Positions 16,693 through 28,100 of a DNA stretch of 47,703 nucleotides are shown here, in pieces (the first letter of the stretch is position 1; each line of letters starts with the position of its first letter). Source of the DNA: Candidatus Cryptobacteroides equifaecalis. GTDB taxonomy: Bacteria; Bacteroidota; Bacteroidia; Bacteroidales; UBA932. The notes under the pieces were generated by a model. That model made no database searches and had not been told where the DNA came from. It saw only the letters and a list, made by a program, of their open reading frames with translations. The stretch lies in the NCBI GenBank assembly GCA_018064625.1, contig JAGHUW010000006.1, forward strand, positions 1 to 47,703. The letters run 5' to 3'. The position numbers and the translations under genes are program-made.

Positions 16693-17907
16693 ATGAAGAA
16701 AGTAGTAGTAGCATTCAGCGGCGGTCTTGACACCTCCTATACTGTCATGTACCTTGCCAAGGAGAAGGGATATGAGGTTTATGCCGCGTGTGCCAACACC
16801 GGCGGTTTCAGTGCCGAGCAGCTCAAGACAAACGAGGAGAACGCATACAAACTCGGTGCAAAGTCATACGTCACACTTGATGTGACCAAGGAGTATTACG
16901 ACAAGAGCCTCCGCTACATGGTTTACGGAAATGTACTCCGTAACGGAACATATCCTATTTCGGTTTCATCAGAGCGCATCTTCCAGGGTATGGCAATAGC
17001 CAGATATGCCAAGGAGATCGGGGCCGACGCAATCGCGCACGGTTCCACAGGTGCGGGCAATGACCAGGTACGCTTCGACATGACCTTCCTCGTGATGGCT
17101 CCTGGAATCGAGATCATCACCCTCACAAGAGACGGCAACCTCAGCCGCCAGGAGGAGATCGATTACCTCAACGCCAACGGCTTCCCTGCAGACTTCAAGA
17201 AACTCAAATACAGCTACAATGTTGGTATCTGGGGAACGTCCATCTGCGGAGGCGAGATCCTTGATTCGAAGCAGGGCCTTCCTGAGTCTGCCTATCTCAA
17301 GCAGATAGAGAAGAGCGGAGAGGAGATCGTGGCCCTCGATTTCGAGGAGGGCCAGCTCACAGGGGTCAACGGAAAGAAATTTACAGACCACATTGCTGCC
17401 ATTCAGGCTGTAGAGGCCATCGCAGCCCCTTACGGAATAGGTAGGGACATGCATGTGGGAGACACCATCATAGGCATCAAGGGTCGTGTGGGCTTCGAGG
17501 CTGCTGCCCCAATGCTCATCATCGCAGCACACAAGTTCCTTGAGAAGTTCACACTCTCCAAGTGGCAGCAGTACTGGAAGGACCAGGTTGCCAACTGGTA
17601 CGGAATGTTCCTTCATGAGAGCCAGTACCTGGAGCCGGTGATGAGGGATATCGAGGCCATGCTTGAGAGCAGCCAGCGCAACGTGAGCGGTACCGTTACC
17701 ATGCTCCTGCGTCCTCACTGCTTCGAGACCGTGGGAGTGGATTCTCCTAACGACCTCGTGAAGAACAAGCTCGGTGAGTATGGCGAGGGAGCCAAGGGCT
17801 GGACATCGGATGACGCCAAGGGCTTCATCAAGGTTACATCCACACCTCTTCGCGCCTACTATCTCAATCACAAGGAAGAGGGAGACAAACTCGAGCAGGA
17901 TCTATGA
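16693..17907 (+). CDS. argG: Argininosuccinate synthase
   Basis: AFSGGLDTS; HGSTGAGNDQVRF; IGIKGR. Confidence 0.95.
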   Translation: MKKVVVAFSGGLDTSYTVMYLAKEKGYEVYAACANTGGFSAEQLKTNEENAYKLGAKSYVTLDVTKEYYDKSLRYMVYGNVLRNGTYPISVSSERIFQGMAIARYAKEIGADAIAHGSTGAGNDQVRFDMTFLVMAPGIEIITLTRDGNLSRQEEIDYLNANGFPADFKKLKYSYNVGIWGTSICGGEILDSKQGLPESAYLKQIEKSGEEIVALDFEEGQLTGVNGKKFTDHIAAIQAVEAIAAPYGIGRDMHVGDTIIGIKGRVGFEAAAPMLIIAAHKFLEKFTLSKWQQYWKDQVANWYGMFLHESQYLEPVMRDIEAMLESSQRNVSGTVTMLLRPHCFETVGVDSPNDLVKNKLGEYGEGAKGWTSDDAKGFIKVTSTPLRAYYLNHKEEGDKLEQDL

Positions 17908-18866
17908 TCAAGGTAGGAATCATTGGTGGGGCAGGTTATACTGCTGGAGAACTTCTCCGTCTCCTGGTGAATCACCCGGAGGTGGAGATTGTTTTCGTAC
18001 ACAGTTCCAGCAATGCAGGCGCGTATCTGCATGAGGTTCATGAGGGACTGATAGGAGACACCGATCTGCGTTTTGCAGACAGCTACGACCTCAATGCAAT
18101 AGATGTGCTTTTCCTCTGCTCCGCCCATGGCAAGAGCCGTGAGTTCTGGAATGAGAATGAGTGTCCTGAGAGCCTGAAGGTCGTTGACCTTGCACAGGAT
18201 TTCAGGGATGAGAGTTGTGGCTATGTGTACGGTCTTCCGGAGAAGAACATGGAAAGGATAAGGACAGCGACAAAGATTGCCAATCCTGGCTGCTTCGCAA
18301 CTGCCATACAGCTTTCCATACTTCCGCTCGCAGCTGCCGGCAAACTTGTCTCTGATGTTGAGATCACGGCAATCACAGGTTCCACCGGAGCTGGTGTGAA
18401 GCCTGGTGCAACGACTCATTTCAGCTGGAGGAACAACAACCTTTCTGCTTACAAGCTTTTCGAACATCAGCATCTCATCGAGATAGGCAGGAACATCTCC
18501 TTGCTTCAGCCTTCCTTCGTGGGCGGCCTTAATTTCGTGCCTGTCAGAGGAGATTTTGCAAGGGGAATTTTCGCCAGCGTATATACAAAGACGGATATGA
18601 GCCTTGAGGAGGCCGTGGCCCTCTACAAGGATTATTATAAAGATGCAGCCTTCACCTTCGTGAGTGACAGGGCTGTGGATCTCAAGCAGGTTGTCAATAC
18701 CAACAAGTGTGTGCTCAGCCTCGCCAAGCATGGAGATCTACTGCACATCACATCTGTCATCGACAACCTTCTCAAGGGTGCGAGCGGACAGGCCCTGCAG
18801 AATATGAACATCATCTTCGGCCTTGACCAGAAGACTGGTCTGAGACTGAAGGCATCAGCTTTTTAG
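17904..18866 (+). CDS. argC: N-acyl-gamma-glutamyl-phosphate reductase
   Basis: GGAGYTAGEL, YGLPE, IANPGCFAT, IDNLLKGASGQA. Confidence 0.95.
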   Translation: MIKVGIIGGAGYTAGELLRLLVNHPEVEIVFVHSSSNAGAYLHEVHEGLIGDTDLRFADSYDLNAIDVLFLCSAHGKSREFWNENECPESLKVVDLAQDFRDESCGYVYGLPEKNMERIRTATKIANPGCFATAIQLSILPLAAAGKLVSDVEITAITGSTGAGVKPGATTHFSWRNNNLSAYKLFEHQHLIEIGRNISLLQPSFVGGLNFVPVRGDFARGIFASVYTKTDMSLEEAVALYKDYYKDAAFTFVSDRAVDLKQVVNTNKCVLSLAKHGDLLHITSVIDNLLKGASGQALQNMNIIFGLDQKTGLRLKASAF

Positions 18867-18868
18867 AC

Positions 18869-19993
18869 ATGGATTTATTCAAAGTATACAAGCTCTGGGA
18901 TATCGAGCCGGTACGTGCCCTCGATACTACAATCTGGGATAAGAACGGAGAGGTTTACACTGACCTCTACGGAGGACATGCCGTCATCTCCATAGGCCAT
19001 TGCCATCCACATTACGTGAAGATGGTAAGCGAGCAGCTCACCAAACTCGGATTCTATTCCAATGCAGTGCAGAACGGACTGCAGAGAGAGCTCGCTACAA
19101 GGCTTGGCAAGGTCAGCGGCTATGATGACTACAGCCTTTTCCTCTGCAACAGCGGAGCTGAGGCCAATGAGAACGCACTCAAACTTGCGTCCTTCCATAC
19201 GGGAAGGGGAAAGGTACTTGCCTTCAGCAAGTCCTTCCACGGACGTACCAGCGGCGCGGTAGGCGTTACCGACAACCCTGCATACAGGTCTCCTTTCAAT
19301 ACCAACAGCAACGTAACCTTCATCCCTCTCAATGATGAGGCAGCCCTCGAAAGGGAGCTCTCCACAAAGGAGTATGCAGCCGTGATCATCGAGGGAATCC
19401 AGGGCGTCGCAGGAATTTACGAGCCTACTGATGCCTTCTTCCACACGCTCCGCTCTCTTTGTGATAAGTATGGCACCATGCTGGTAGTGGATGAGGTTCA
19501 GTCAGGCTATGGACGCAGCGGCCTTTTCTACGCCCACCAGCATTCCGGAGTCCGGGCAGACCTTATCACCTCGGCAAAGGGTATGGCCAACGGCATTCCT
19601 ATAGGCGCTGTACTCATCAGCCCGGATTTCAAGCCTGTCTTCGGCCAGCTCGGTACTACTTTCGGAGGCAATCACCTTGCATGTACGGCAGCGCTGGCAG
19701 TGCTTGACGTGATTGAGAACGAGCATCTCGTGGAGAATGCAGCCAAAGTTGGAGAGTATTTCAAGAAGGCTTTCGAGGGAGACAAGGCCCTGAAGGAGTA
19801 CCGCGGACGCGGCCTCATGGTAGGCCTTGAACTAAAGGATGAATATGTGGGACTCAGGGACAGGCTCCTCTTCGAGAAGCATTATTTCACGGGAGCTGCA
19901 GGTCCTAAGGTGATTCGCGTTCTCCCTTCACTCACAATTTCAGAGGAAACGGCAGCAGGCTTCGTGGAGGCCTGGAAAGAACTTACAGCATAA
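18869..19993 (+). CDS. argD: N-acylornithine aminotransferase (class III)
   Basis: NSGAEANE, FHGRT, DEVQSGYGR, SAKGMANG, TTFGGN. Confidence 0.93.
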   Translation: MDLFKVYKLWDIEPVRALDTTIWDKNGEVYTDLYGGHAVISIGHCHPHYVKMVSEQLTKLGFYSNAVQNGLQRELATRLGKVSGYDDYSLFLCNSGAEANENALKLASFHTGRGKVLAFSKSFHGRTSGAVGVTDNPAYRSPFNTNSNVTFIPLNDEAALERELSTKEYAAVIIEGIQGVAGIYEPTDAFFHTLRSLCDKYGTMLVVDEVQSGYGRSGLFYAHQHSGVRADLITSAKGMANGIPIGAVLISPDFKPVFGQLGTTFGGNHLACTAALAVLDVIENEHLVENAAKVGEYFKKAFEGDKALKEYRGRGLMVGLELKDEYVGLRDRLLFEKHYFTGAAGPKVIRVLPSLTISEETAAGFVEAWKELTA

Positions 19994-20949
19994 TGAGACA
20001 TTTCACAAGCATAACACAGCTGGGAGACCTCAATGAGGCATTGGCAAAGGCCCTTGCCGTCAAGGCTAATCCTTTTGCCGACCAGGCACTTGGCAAGAAC
20101 AAGACTCTCCTGATGATCTTCTTCAACAATTCGCTCAGGACCAGGCTCAGCACCCAGAAGGCTGCCATGAACCTCGGTATGAACGTGATTGTCCTCGATG
20201 TCAATCAGGGTGCATGGAAACTTGAGACCGAAAGGGGAGTGATAATGGACGGAGACAAGTCCGAGCATCTGCTCGAGGCCATCCCTGTCATGGGAAGCTA
20301 CTGCGACATAATTGGAGTGCGTTCCTTTGCCCGCTTTGAGAGCAAGAAGGCTGATTACGAGGAGGAGATCCTCAGCCAGTTCATCAAGTATTCCGGCCGT
20401 CCGGTATTCAGCATGGAGGCTGCCACAAGGCATCCTCTGCAGACTTTTGCAGACCTCATTACAATCGAGGAGCACAAGACCAAGGCCCGTCCTAAGGTGG
20501 TCATGACCTGGGCTCCACATCCAAAGGCACTTCCTCAGGCTGTTCCAAATTCCTTTGCCGAGGGTCTCAACATGACTGATTATGACTTCGTTATCACACA
20601 TCCTCACGGATACGAGCTCGACCCGGCATTCACCGGAAGGGCTGTGATCGAGTATGATCAGGACAAGGCTCTTGAGGGTGCAGATTTCGTATATGCGAAG
20701 AACTGGGCCGCTTATGAGGGAGACAATTACGGAAAGGTTCTCAATATGGACAGAAGCTGGACAGTGACAACGGAGAAGATGGCTCTTACCAACAATGCCT
20801 TCTTCATGCACTGCCTTCCTGTTCGCCGCAACATGATAGTTTCTGACGATGTTATAGAGAGCCCTCGTTCTCTTGTCATCCCTGAGGCTGCGAACAGGGT
20901 TGTGTCCGCACAGACTGTTCTTAAGGAAATTCTTCTTGGTCTGGAATAA
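19993..20949 (+). CDS. argF: N-acylornithine carbamoyltransferase (ArgF'; probably N-succinylornithine-specific)
   Basis: SLRT in place of STRT, WKLETERGVIMDGDKSEH, HPLQ, WAPHPKALPQAV, HCLPVRR: Bacteroides/Xanthomonas ArgF' type. Confidence 0.92.
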   Translation: MRHFTSITQLGDLNEALAKALAVKANPFADQALGKNKTLLMIFFNNSLRTRLSTQKAAMNLGMNVIVLDVNQGAWKLETERGVIMDGDKSEHLLEAIPVMGSYCDIIGVRSFARFESKKADYEEEILSQFIKYSGRPVFSMEAATRHPLQTFADLITIEEHKTKARPKVVMTWAPHPKALPQAVPNSFAEGLNMTDYDFVITHPHGYELDPAFTGRAVIEYDQDKALEGADFVYAKNWAAYEGDNYGKVLNMDRSWTVTTEKMALTNNAFFMHCLPVRRNMIVSDDVIESPRSLVIPEAANRVVSAQTVLKEILLGLE

Positions 20950-21725
20950 TGAAGGTAAAGGTTTTCAAGATAGGTGGTAATGTTGTGGAGAATGCGGAAC
21001 TGCTTTCCGCATTCGCTGCGGATTTTGCGGCCGTACAGGGTCCCAAGGTCCTCATTCATGGAGGTGGCGTAAGGGCCAGCGCTCTGCAGAAGCAGCTCGG
21101 CCAGGTACCTAACATGATAGAGGGACGCCGCGTCACCGATGCAGATACATTGGAAGTTGTGACCATGGTTTATGCCGGCCTCTGCAACAAGAACGTGGTG
21201 GCAAGACTCCAGAGCTGCGGCTGTGACGCCATAGGTCTCTGCGGAGCTGATGCCAACCTCATCACCGCCACAAGACGCCCGGCGAAACCTGTGGACTACG
21301 GTTTCGTGGGGGATATTTCTGTAGAAGGGGTCAGAACTGAGATGCTCCTCAAGCTTCTCGACTGCGGGCTTGTTCCGGTTCTCTGCGCAATCAACCACGA
21401 CGGCAAGGGACAGCTGCTGAACACGAATGCAGATACGGTCGCGTCCAGCGTTGCCCAGGCCCTGGCTCAGAAGGCTGAAGTGGAACTTGTCTACTGCTTT
21501 GAGAAGAACGGTGTTCTGAGGGACAAGGATGACGATATGTCGGTGATTCCTCTGATCACTCCGTCGGTATTCACGAAACTCAAGGAAGACGGTGTTGTGG
21601 CTGATGGAATGATTCCTAAGTTGGAGAATTCTTTCAAGGCCATTGCAGCGGGAGTCTCCTCGGTGGTGATAAAATCTGCTGCGAATCTATCGAATAATTT
21701 GCAAACGACATTGAAGAATGATTGA
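20949..21725 (+). CDS. argB: N-acylglutamate kinase
   Basis: KIGGN, IHGGG, GRRVTD, LNTNADTVA, DGMIPKL. Confidence 0.95.
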   Translation: MKVKVFKIGGNVVENAELLSAFAADFAAVQGPKVLIHGGGVRASALQKQLGQVPNMIEGRRVTDADTLEVVTMVYAGLCNKNVVARLQSCGCDAIGLCGADANLITATRRPAKPVDYGFVGDISVEGVRTEMLLKLLDCGLVPVLCAINHDGKGQLLNTNADTVASSVAQALAQKAEVELVYCFEKNGVLRDKDDDMSVIPLITPSVFTKLKEDGVVADGMIPKLENSFKAIAAGVSSVVIKSAANLSNNLQTTLKND

Positions 21726-22797
21726 TACCATAAAGAAGGAAGCCGCTGAAATGCTGCGCTCTATGATACGCATCCCATCTCTTTCTTTTGAGGAGAAAGA
21801 GGTCAGTGACTTTCTTTTTTCACAGTTCCAGACATGGGGTCTTGAACCCGAGCGTATCAATTATAATATAATATGCAGGCAGCCTTCTTTTGACGAAGGC
21901 AAGCCTGTTTTGTTATTATGCGCACACATGGACACCGTCCCTGCGAATGCCGCTTACAGCTTCAACGCCTTTGAACCGGTACAGGAAGGGCACGAAGACA
22001 CCATCTTCGGCCTTGGCAGCAATGACGACGGCGGCAGCGTAGCTTCGATGACGGCAGCCTTCAGACTTCTGCGCGAGGAGCATCTCCCTTTCAACCTCTG
22101 CCTGGCAATCACGACTGAGGAGGAACGTTCCGGCCCAGACGGCATGCGCTATCTCTGGCAGCATGTATTCGCTGGGTTGAACATCAGGGCGATAGTAGGC
22201 GAGCCGACGGGTATGCGCGCCGCAACTGCCGAAAGGGGACTGCTCGTGCTGGATGCTACGGCTCACGGAAAGAGCGGACACGCAGCCAGAGGAGAGGGAA
22301 TCAATGCTCTGTACATTGCAATCGACGACATAGAGAAACTCAGGGCCTACAGGTTCAGCAAGATTTCCCCTGTCATGGGGGAAGTTCACATGACAGTGAC
22401 TCAGATAAATGCCGGCACGGCTCATAACGTCATCCCGGACAGCTGCACTTTCGTGGTGGATATAAGGCCGACGGAGCAGTACGGTAACGAGGAGATAGTT
22501 GCGGAACTCCAGGCAATGTGCCGCTCGGAGCTTAAGCCTAGGAACCTCAGCAATCGTTCTTCCGCAACATATCCTGATTCTCCTCTTGTGAGCTGCTGCC
22601 GCGAACTAGGTGTCGAGACCTTCTCGTCCCCAACTACATCCGATTGGATGAGGCTTGGCTGCGATGCCATCAAGATGGGTCCGGGAGATTCCTCAAGGTC
22701 CCACAAGGCCGACGAGTACCTTATGGTGCGGGAACTCGAGGATGCTATTGACAAATACGTAAAATTCATAAAATACTATGGCAACACTCTGGAATAA
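21718..22797 (+). CDS. argE: M20 deacylase (ArgE-like; likely N-acylcitrulline deacylase)
   Basis: HMDTVP, GLGSNDDG, EEE, GEPT, GHAA, NVIPD, SHKADE; located in the arg operon. Confidence 0.85.
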   Translation: MIDTIKKEAAEMLRSMIRIPSLSFEEKEVSDFLFSQFQTWGLEPERINYNIICRQPSFDEGKPVLLLCAHMDTVPANAAYSFNAFEPVQEGHEDTIFGLGSNDDGGSVASMTAAFRLLREEHLPFNLCLAITTEEERSGPDGMRYLWQHVFAGLNIRAIVGEPTGMRAATAERGLLVLDATAHGKSGHAARGEGINALYIAIDDIEKLRAYRFSKISPVMGEVHMTVTQINAGTAHNVIPDSCTFVVDIRPTEQYGNEEIVAELQAMCRSELKPRNLSNRSSATYPDSPLVSCCRELGVETFSSPTTSDWMRLGCDAIKMGPGDSSRSHKADEYLMVRELEDAIDKYVKFIKYYGNTLE

Positions 22798-24067
22798 AGG
22801 AACTTCCGCTACCGAGGCGGTAGAATCCTTCACAGTCTGTTCAGACAGGATACTGGACCTGAGGCTGGCACGCTATGATGTGCTTGGCTCCAAGGCCCAT
22901 ATAAAGATGCTGGAGAGCATAGGCCTTCTCAGCTCCGATGAGCTTGAGAAACTTACCGCCGGTCTCGATCAGATACTTTCTGAGATAGAGGAAGGCAGCT
23001 TTGTGCTTCAGGACGGGGTGGAGGATATCCATTCCCAGGTAGAATTCCTTCTTACCGAAAGGCTCGGTGAAATAGGTAAGAAGATACATTCCGGAAGGTC
23101 CCGCAACGATCAGGTTCTGGTTGATGTGAAGCTCTTCCTCAGGGATCAGCTTCTTGAGATGAAGAAGGAGGTGCTTGCTCTCTTCGAAGAGCTTCAGAAG
23201 CTCTCGGAAGAGTACAAGGATGTGCTACTACCGGGATACACCCATGGTCAGGTAGCCATGCCGTCTTCCTTCGGACTCTGGTTCGGCGCTTATGCCGAGA
23301 GTCTGGCGGACGACATGTTCATGCTGGCCGGTGCATATCACCTTGTGAATCAGAACCCTCTTGGCTCGGCAGCCGGTTACGGCAACTCATTCCCTCTGGA
23401 CAGGAAAATGACTACGGGTCTCCTTGGCTTCGAGACCCCGGATTACAACAGTATCGCCGCTCAATTGAGCAGGGGAAAGGCAGAGAAGGCCGTGGCTTCG
23501 GCTGCGGGTTCCATTGCCCTCACCCTTAACAAGTTTGCAGCAGACTGTTGCCTGTACATGTGTCCTAATTTCGGATTCATATCATTCCCGGCAGAGCTTA
23601 CCACGGGTTCAAGCATAATGCCGCATAAAAAGAATCCTGATGTTTGGGAGGTGATGAGGGCTCATTGCAACCAGGTGATGTCCTGTGAGAATGAGATATC
23701 CATGATGTGCAGCAATCTGCAGCATGGCTATCACAGGGATTTCCAAATTCTAAAAGATGTTCTTTTCCCTAAGCTGGAACTCATCCATGACTGCCTTCAG
23801 ATGGCCGTCTATATGATATCCAAGGTCAAGGTGAACAAAAACATCCTGGACAGCTCACTTTATGACACCATGTTCACGGTAGAGGAGGTGAACCGCAGGG
23901 TACTTGCGGGCATGCCTTTCCGTGATGCATATAAGACAGTAGGTATAGAAGTAAACGAAGGGCGTTTTGTGGCAGACAAGACTGTCAACCATACACACAT
24001 CGGAAGCATTGGCAATCTCTGTAACGGTGAGATTGCGCTGAAGATGCAAAAAGCCTCTGATTTTTAA
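22778..24067 (+). CDS. argH: Argininosuccinate lyase
   Basis: EDIH, HSGRSRNDQ, PGYTH, TGSSIMPHKKNPD, MPFRDAY. Confidence 0.95.
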   Translation: MATLWNKGTSATEAVESFTVCSDRILDLRLARYDVLGSKAHIKMLESIGLLSSDELEKLTAGLDQILSEIEEGSFVLQDGVEDIHSQVEFLLTERLGEIGKKIHSGRSRNDQVLVDVKLFLRDQLLEMKKEVLALFEELQKLSEEYKDVLLPGYTHGQVAMPSSFGLWFGAYAESLADDMFMLAGAYHLVNQNPLGSAAGYGNSFPLDRKMTTGLLGFETPDYNSIAAQLSRGKAEKAVASAAGSIALTLNKFAADCCLYMCPNFGFISFPAELTTGSSIMPHKKNPDVWEVMRAHCNQVMSCENEISMMCSNLQHGYHRDFQILKDVLFPKLELIHDCLQMAVYMISKVKVNKNILDSSLYDTMFTVEEVNRRVLAGMPFRDAYKTVGIEVNEGRFVADKTVNHTHIGSIGNLCNGEIALKMQKASDF

Positions 24068-24073
24068 ATATTT

Positions 24074-25141
24074 ATGAAAAAAGCAGTTCTTAAACTATCC
24101 AATGGGGTATGTCTGTCGGGTTATTCCTTCGGCTATCCTCACTCGTGCGACGGAGAAGTCGTGTTCTCCACAGCTATGGTCGGTTATCCGGAAAGCTTGA
24201 CCGATCCGTCATATTCCGGACAGATTCTCTGCGTCACCTATCCTATCATAGGTAACTATGGTGTTCCGGATGAGGCTGTCGATGAAATGGGAATCTCAGT
24301 CAATTTCGAATCCGAGAAGATCTGGGTCAGAGGTCTTGTGATCAGCGAATACTCAGAAGATTACAGCCACTGGGACGCTGTCAAGAGTCTTGGTGCCTGG
24401 CTTGATGAGCAGAAGATTCCTGGAATATATGGTGTAGATACCAGATACCTTACCCAGCTCCTTCGTGAGAACGGAAGCATGACAGGTATCATAGAAGTTG
24501 AAGATGAGCCAAGGTCATTCCCTGTTCCGGATCCTAATGACGAGAACCAGATTGCAATCGTAAGTTGCAAGGAACCAATAGTATATGGCGACGGAGACAA
24601 GACAGTGGTCCTTGTTGACTGTGGTGTGAAGCACAATATCCTCCGCTGTTTCGTGCAGAGAGGAATCAGACTTGTGCGTGTGCCATGGGATTATGATTTC
24701 ACGGAAATGGAGTATGACGGACTCTTCATCTCCAACGGTCCCGGCAATCCTGAGCACTGCGTCGCAACGGTGGAGCACCTGCGCAAGGCCATGCAGCAGG
24801 ACAAGCCTATCTTCGGTATCTGCATGGGAAATCAGCTCCTTGCACGTGCTGGCGGAGCCACAACATACAAGCTCAAGTACGGTCACAGAAGTCATAACCA
24901 GCCAGCAAGGATGGTAGGTTCAGACCGTTGCTTCATCACATCTCAGAATCATGGTTTCGCTGTGGACAATTCTTCACTCGGAGCAGATTGGGAGACCTGG
25001 TTCACCAACATGAATGACGGTTCCAATGAAGGAATACGTCACAAGTCAAAGCCGTTCTGCTCAGTGCAGTTCCATCCAGAGGCATCCAGCGGCCCTACAG
25101 ACACAGAGTTTCTCTTTGACGAATTCATCAGCAAGTTATGA
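24074..25141 (+). CDS. carA: Carbamoyl-phosphate synthase small subunit
   Basis: GEVVFSTAMVGYPESLTDPSY, SNGPGNP, GICMGNQ (catalytic Cys), SQNHGF, QFHPE. Confidence 0.96.
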   Translation: MKKAVLKLSNGVCLSGYSFGYPHSCDGEVVFSTAMVGYPESLTDPSYSGQILCVTYPIIGNYGVPDEAVDEMGISVNFESEKIWVRGLVISEYSEDYSHWDAVKSLGAWLDEQKIPGIYGVDTRYLTQLLRENGSMTGIIEVEDEPRSFPVPDPNDENQIAIVSCKEPIVYGDGDKTVVLVDCGVKHNILRCFVQRGIRLVRVPWDYDFTEMEYDGLFISNGPGNPEHCVATVEHLRKAMQQDKPIFGICMGNQLLARAGGATTYKLKYGHRSHNQPARMVGSDRCFITSQNHGFAVDNSSLGADWETWFTNMNDGSNEGIRHKSKPFCSVQFHPEASSGPTDTEFLFDEFISKL

Positions 25142-28100
25142 AAAAAGTATTGGTATTGGGTTCCGGTGCCCTTAAGATCGGACAGGCCGGTGAATTCGAC
25201 TACTCCGGCACACAGGCTCTCAAGGCCCTTCGCGAGGAGGGAATCGAGACAGTCCTCATAAATCCAAATGTCGCTACCGTCCAGACTTCCGAGGGTGTGG
25301 CAGACAAGATATATTTCTATCCTGTTACGCCTCTCTTCGTGGAGAAGGTGATTGCAAAGGAGAGACCGGAAGGTATACTTCTTTCCTTCGGTGGACAGAC
25401 AGCGCTGAACTGCGGTGTCGACCTCTATCGCAACGGTGTGCTTGAGAAATACGGTGTCACCGTTCTTGGAACACCTGTTCAGGCCATCATGGATACGGAG
25501 GACCGCGAGCTCTTCGTTCAGAAACTCGATGAAATCAACGTGAAGACCATCAAGTCCCAGCCTGCAGGCAGTCTGCAGGAGGCTCTTGATGCCGCTCACG
25601 CACTTGGTTATCCTCTCATTGTCCGTGCAGCTTATGCCCTCGGCGGACTCGGCTCAGGCTTCGTGGACAATGACGAGCAGCTCACTGAACTCTGCGAGAA
25701 GGCCTTCGCTTTCTCAAATCAGGTTCTTGTGGAGAAATCCCTCAAGGGATGGAAGGAGATAGAGTACGAAGTGGTACGTGACCGTTTCGACAACTGTCTC
25801 ACAGTCTGCAATATGGAGAATTTCGACCCTCTCGGAATCCACACAGGTGAAAGTATAGTCGTAGCTCCTTCCCAGACTCTTTCGAACAAGGATTTCCACT
25901 ATCTGCGCGAGCTTTCGATCAAGATTGTCAGACATATCGGTATAGTAGGTGAGTGCAATGTGCAGTACGCATATGATCCAGACAGCATGGATTACCGTGT
26001 GATCGAGGTCAACGCGCGCCTCAGCCGTTCTTCTGCGCTTGCATCAAAGGCAACAGGTTACCCTCTTGCCTTCGTTGCCGCAAAACTCGGACTCGGCTAC
26101 GGCCTTTTCGACCTCAAGAACTCGGTTACAAAGAATACTCCAGCCTTCTTCGAGCCTGCACTTGACTACATAGTCTGCAAGATACCTCGCTGGGACCTCT
26201 CCAAGTTCAATGGAGTGTCTCACAAGATCGGATCCAGCATGAAGAGTGTCGGTGAGGTCATGAGCATAGGACGTACCTTCGAGGAGGCCATACAGAAGGG
26301 TCTCCGCATGATAGGTCAGGGTGCACATGGCTTCATCTGCAACAAGGAACTCAAGGTGGCTGATATAGATGAGGCTTTGAAAGAACCTACTGATAACCGT
26401 ATCTTCGTGATTTCCAAGGCTATGCTTGCCGGTTACACGGTTGACCGCATACATGAGCTCACCAAGATAGACAAATGGTTCCTTTACAAGCTTGAAAATA
26501 TAGTCAATACCTATCACGAACTCAACGAGTTTGACAGGATCGAGGATGTTCCGGCCGAGCTTCTCCTCAAGGCAAAGTGCCAGGGATTTTCTGACCATCA
26601 GCTTCAGAGGAGTCTCATGACTCCGGACAACAGCAGCACTGACCATATCAGGGAATGGAGAAAGTCTCTGGGCATTGTTCCATACGTAAAACAGATCGAT
26701 ACTCTCGCTGCAGAGTTCCCTGCTCAGACTAACTATCTCTATCTTACATATAATGCTACCAAGCATGACATAGATTATGAGAAGGATGGCAAATCTACAA
26801 TTGTACTCGGCTCGGGAGCTTATAGAATCGGCAGCTCAGTAGAGTTTGACTGGTGCTCGGTTTCCTGCCTGAATACCCTCAGGGCTGAAGGGTACAGGGG
26901 AGTACTCATAAACTACAACCCGGAGACAGTGTCCACGGATTACGACATGTGCGACAGGCTCTACTTCGATGAACTGACCCTTGAAAGGGTACTTGACATC
27001 TGTGAGCTTGAAACCCCTCACGGTGTTGTTGTGTCCGTAGGTGGCCAGATACCTAACAACCTTGCACTCAAACTTGATTCAAGGGGTATCAACATACTTG
27101 GAACCACGGCTCAGAACATCGACAAGGCAGAGGACCGTCACAAGTTCTCCAGCATCGTGGATCAGATCGGTGTGAGCCAGCCTGCATGGAAGGAACTTAC
27201 CACCCTCAATGATGTGCACAAGTTCATCTCTACAGTGGGTTATCCTGTACTCGTGAGACCTTCATACGTTCTTTCAGGTGCGGCGATGAATGTGTGCCCG
27301 GATGAGAGCAAGCTCAAGCAGTTCCTCTCACAGGCTGCGGAAGTGTCAAAGGATCACCCGGTTGTAGTTAGCAAGTTCATGCGCCGCTGCAAGGAAATCG
27401 ACTTCGATGCAGTCGCAGATCACGGAAAGATACTTGCCTATGCCATCTCCGAGCACATCGAATATGCCGGTGTTCACTCCGGTGATGCAACACTTGCATT
27501 CCCTGCACAGAAACTTTATACAAGGACTGTTCAGCTCATAAGAAAAGATGCGCAGAAGATTGCCAAGGCTCTTGACATCTGCGGACCTTTCAATATCCAG
27601 TTCCTTTCAAGGAACAACGAGATCAAGGTTATTGAGTGTAATCTTCGTGCATCGCGAAGCTTCCCGTTCATTTCCAAGGTGCTCCGTACGAATCTTATCG
27701 AACTTGCCACCAAGGTTATGCTCGGCCAGCATCCTGCCCAGTTGCCGGGTTCCGCTTTCGACCTTGACTACGTTGGTATAAAGGCGTCCCAGTTCTCCTT
27801 CGCAAGACTTGAGGAGGCGGATCCTGTGCTCAGCGTGGATATGTCTTCTACAGGTGAGGTTGCCTGCATCTCAGACTCCTTCGACGAGGCTATGCTGCTC
27901 TCTCTGATGTCAGTGGGAAATACCATTCCTCGCAAGAGTGTTCTTCTTTCAATGGGTGACGCTCTCCAGAAGGCAGATCTTCTCACTGCATGCAAAAAAC
28001 TCGCAGGCACAGGCTATAAACTTTACGCAACAGGTGGTTCATACAAGTATCTTGTTGAAAACCATATACCTGCAGTTCGAGTTCTCTGGCCGAGCGAGGA

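Noticed and set aside
16969-20811. Long minus-strand ORFs (300, 287, 189 and 309 aa) opposite the arg genes
   Set aside because: Antisense shadows of well-conserved genes, with no recognisable domains.
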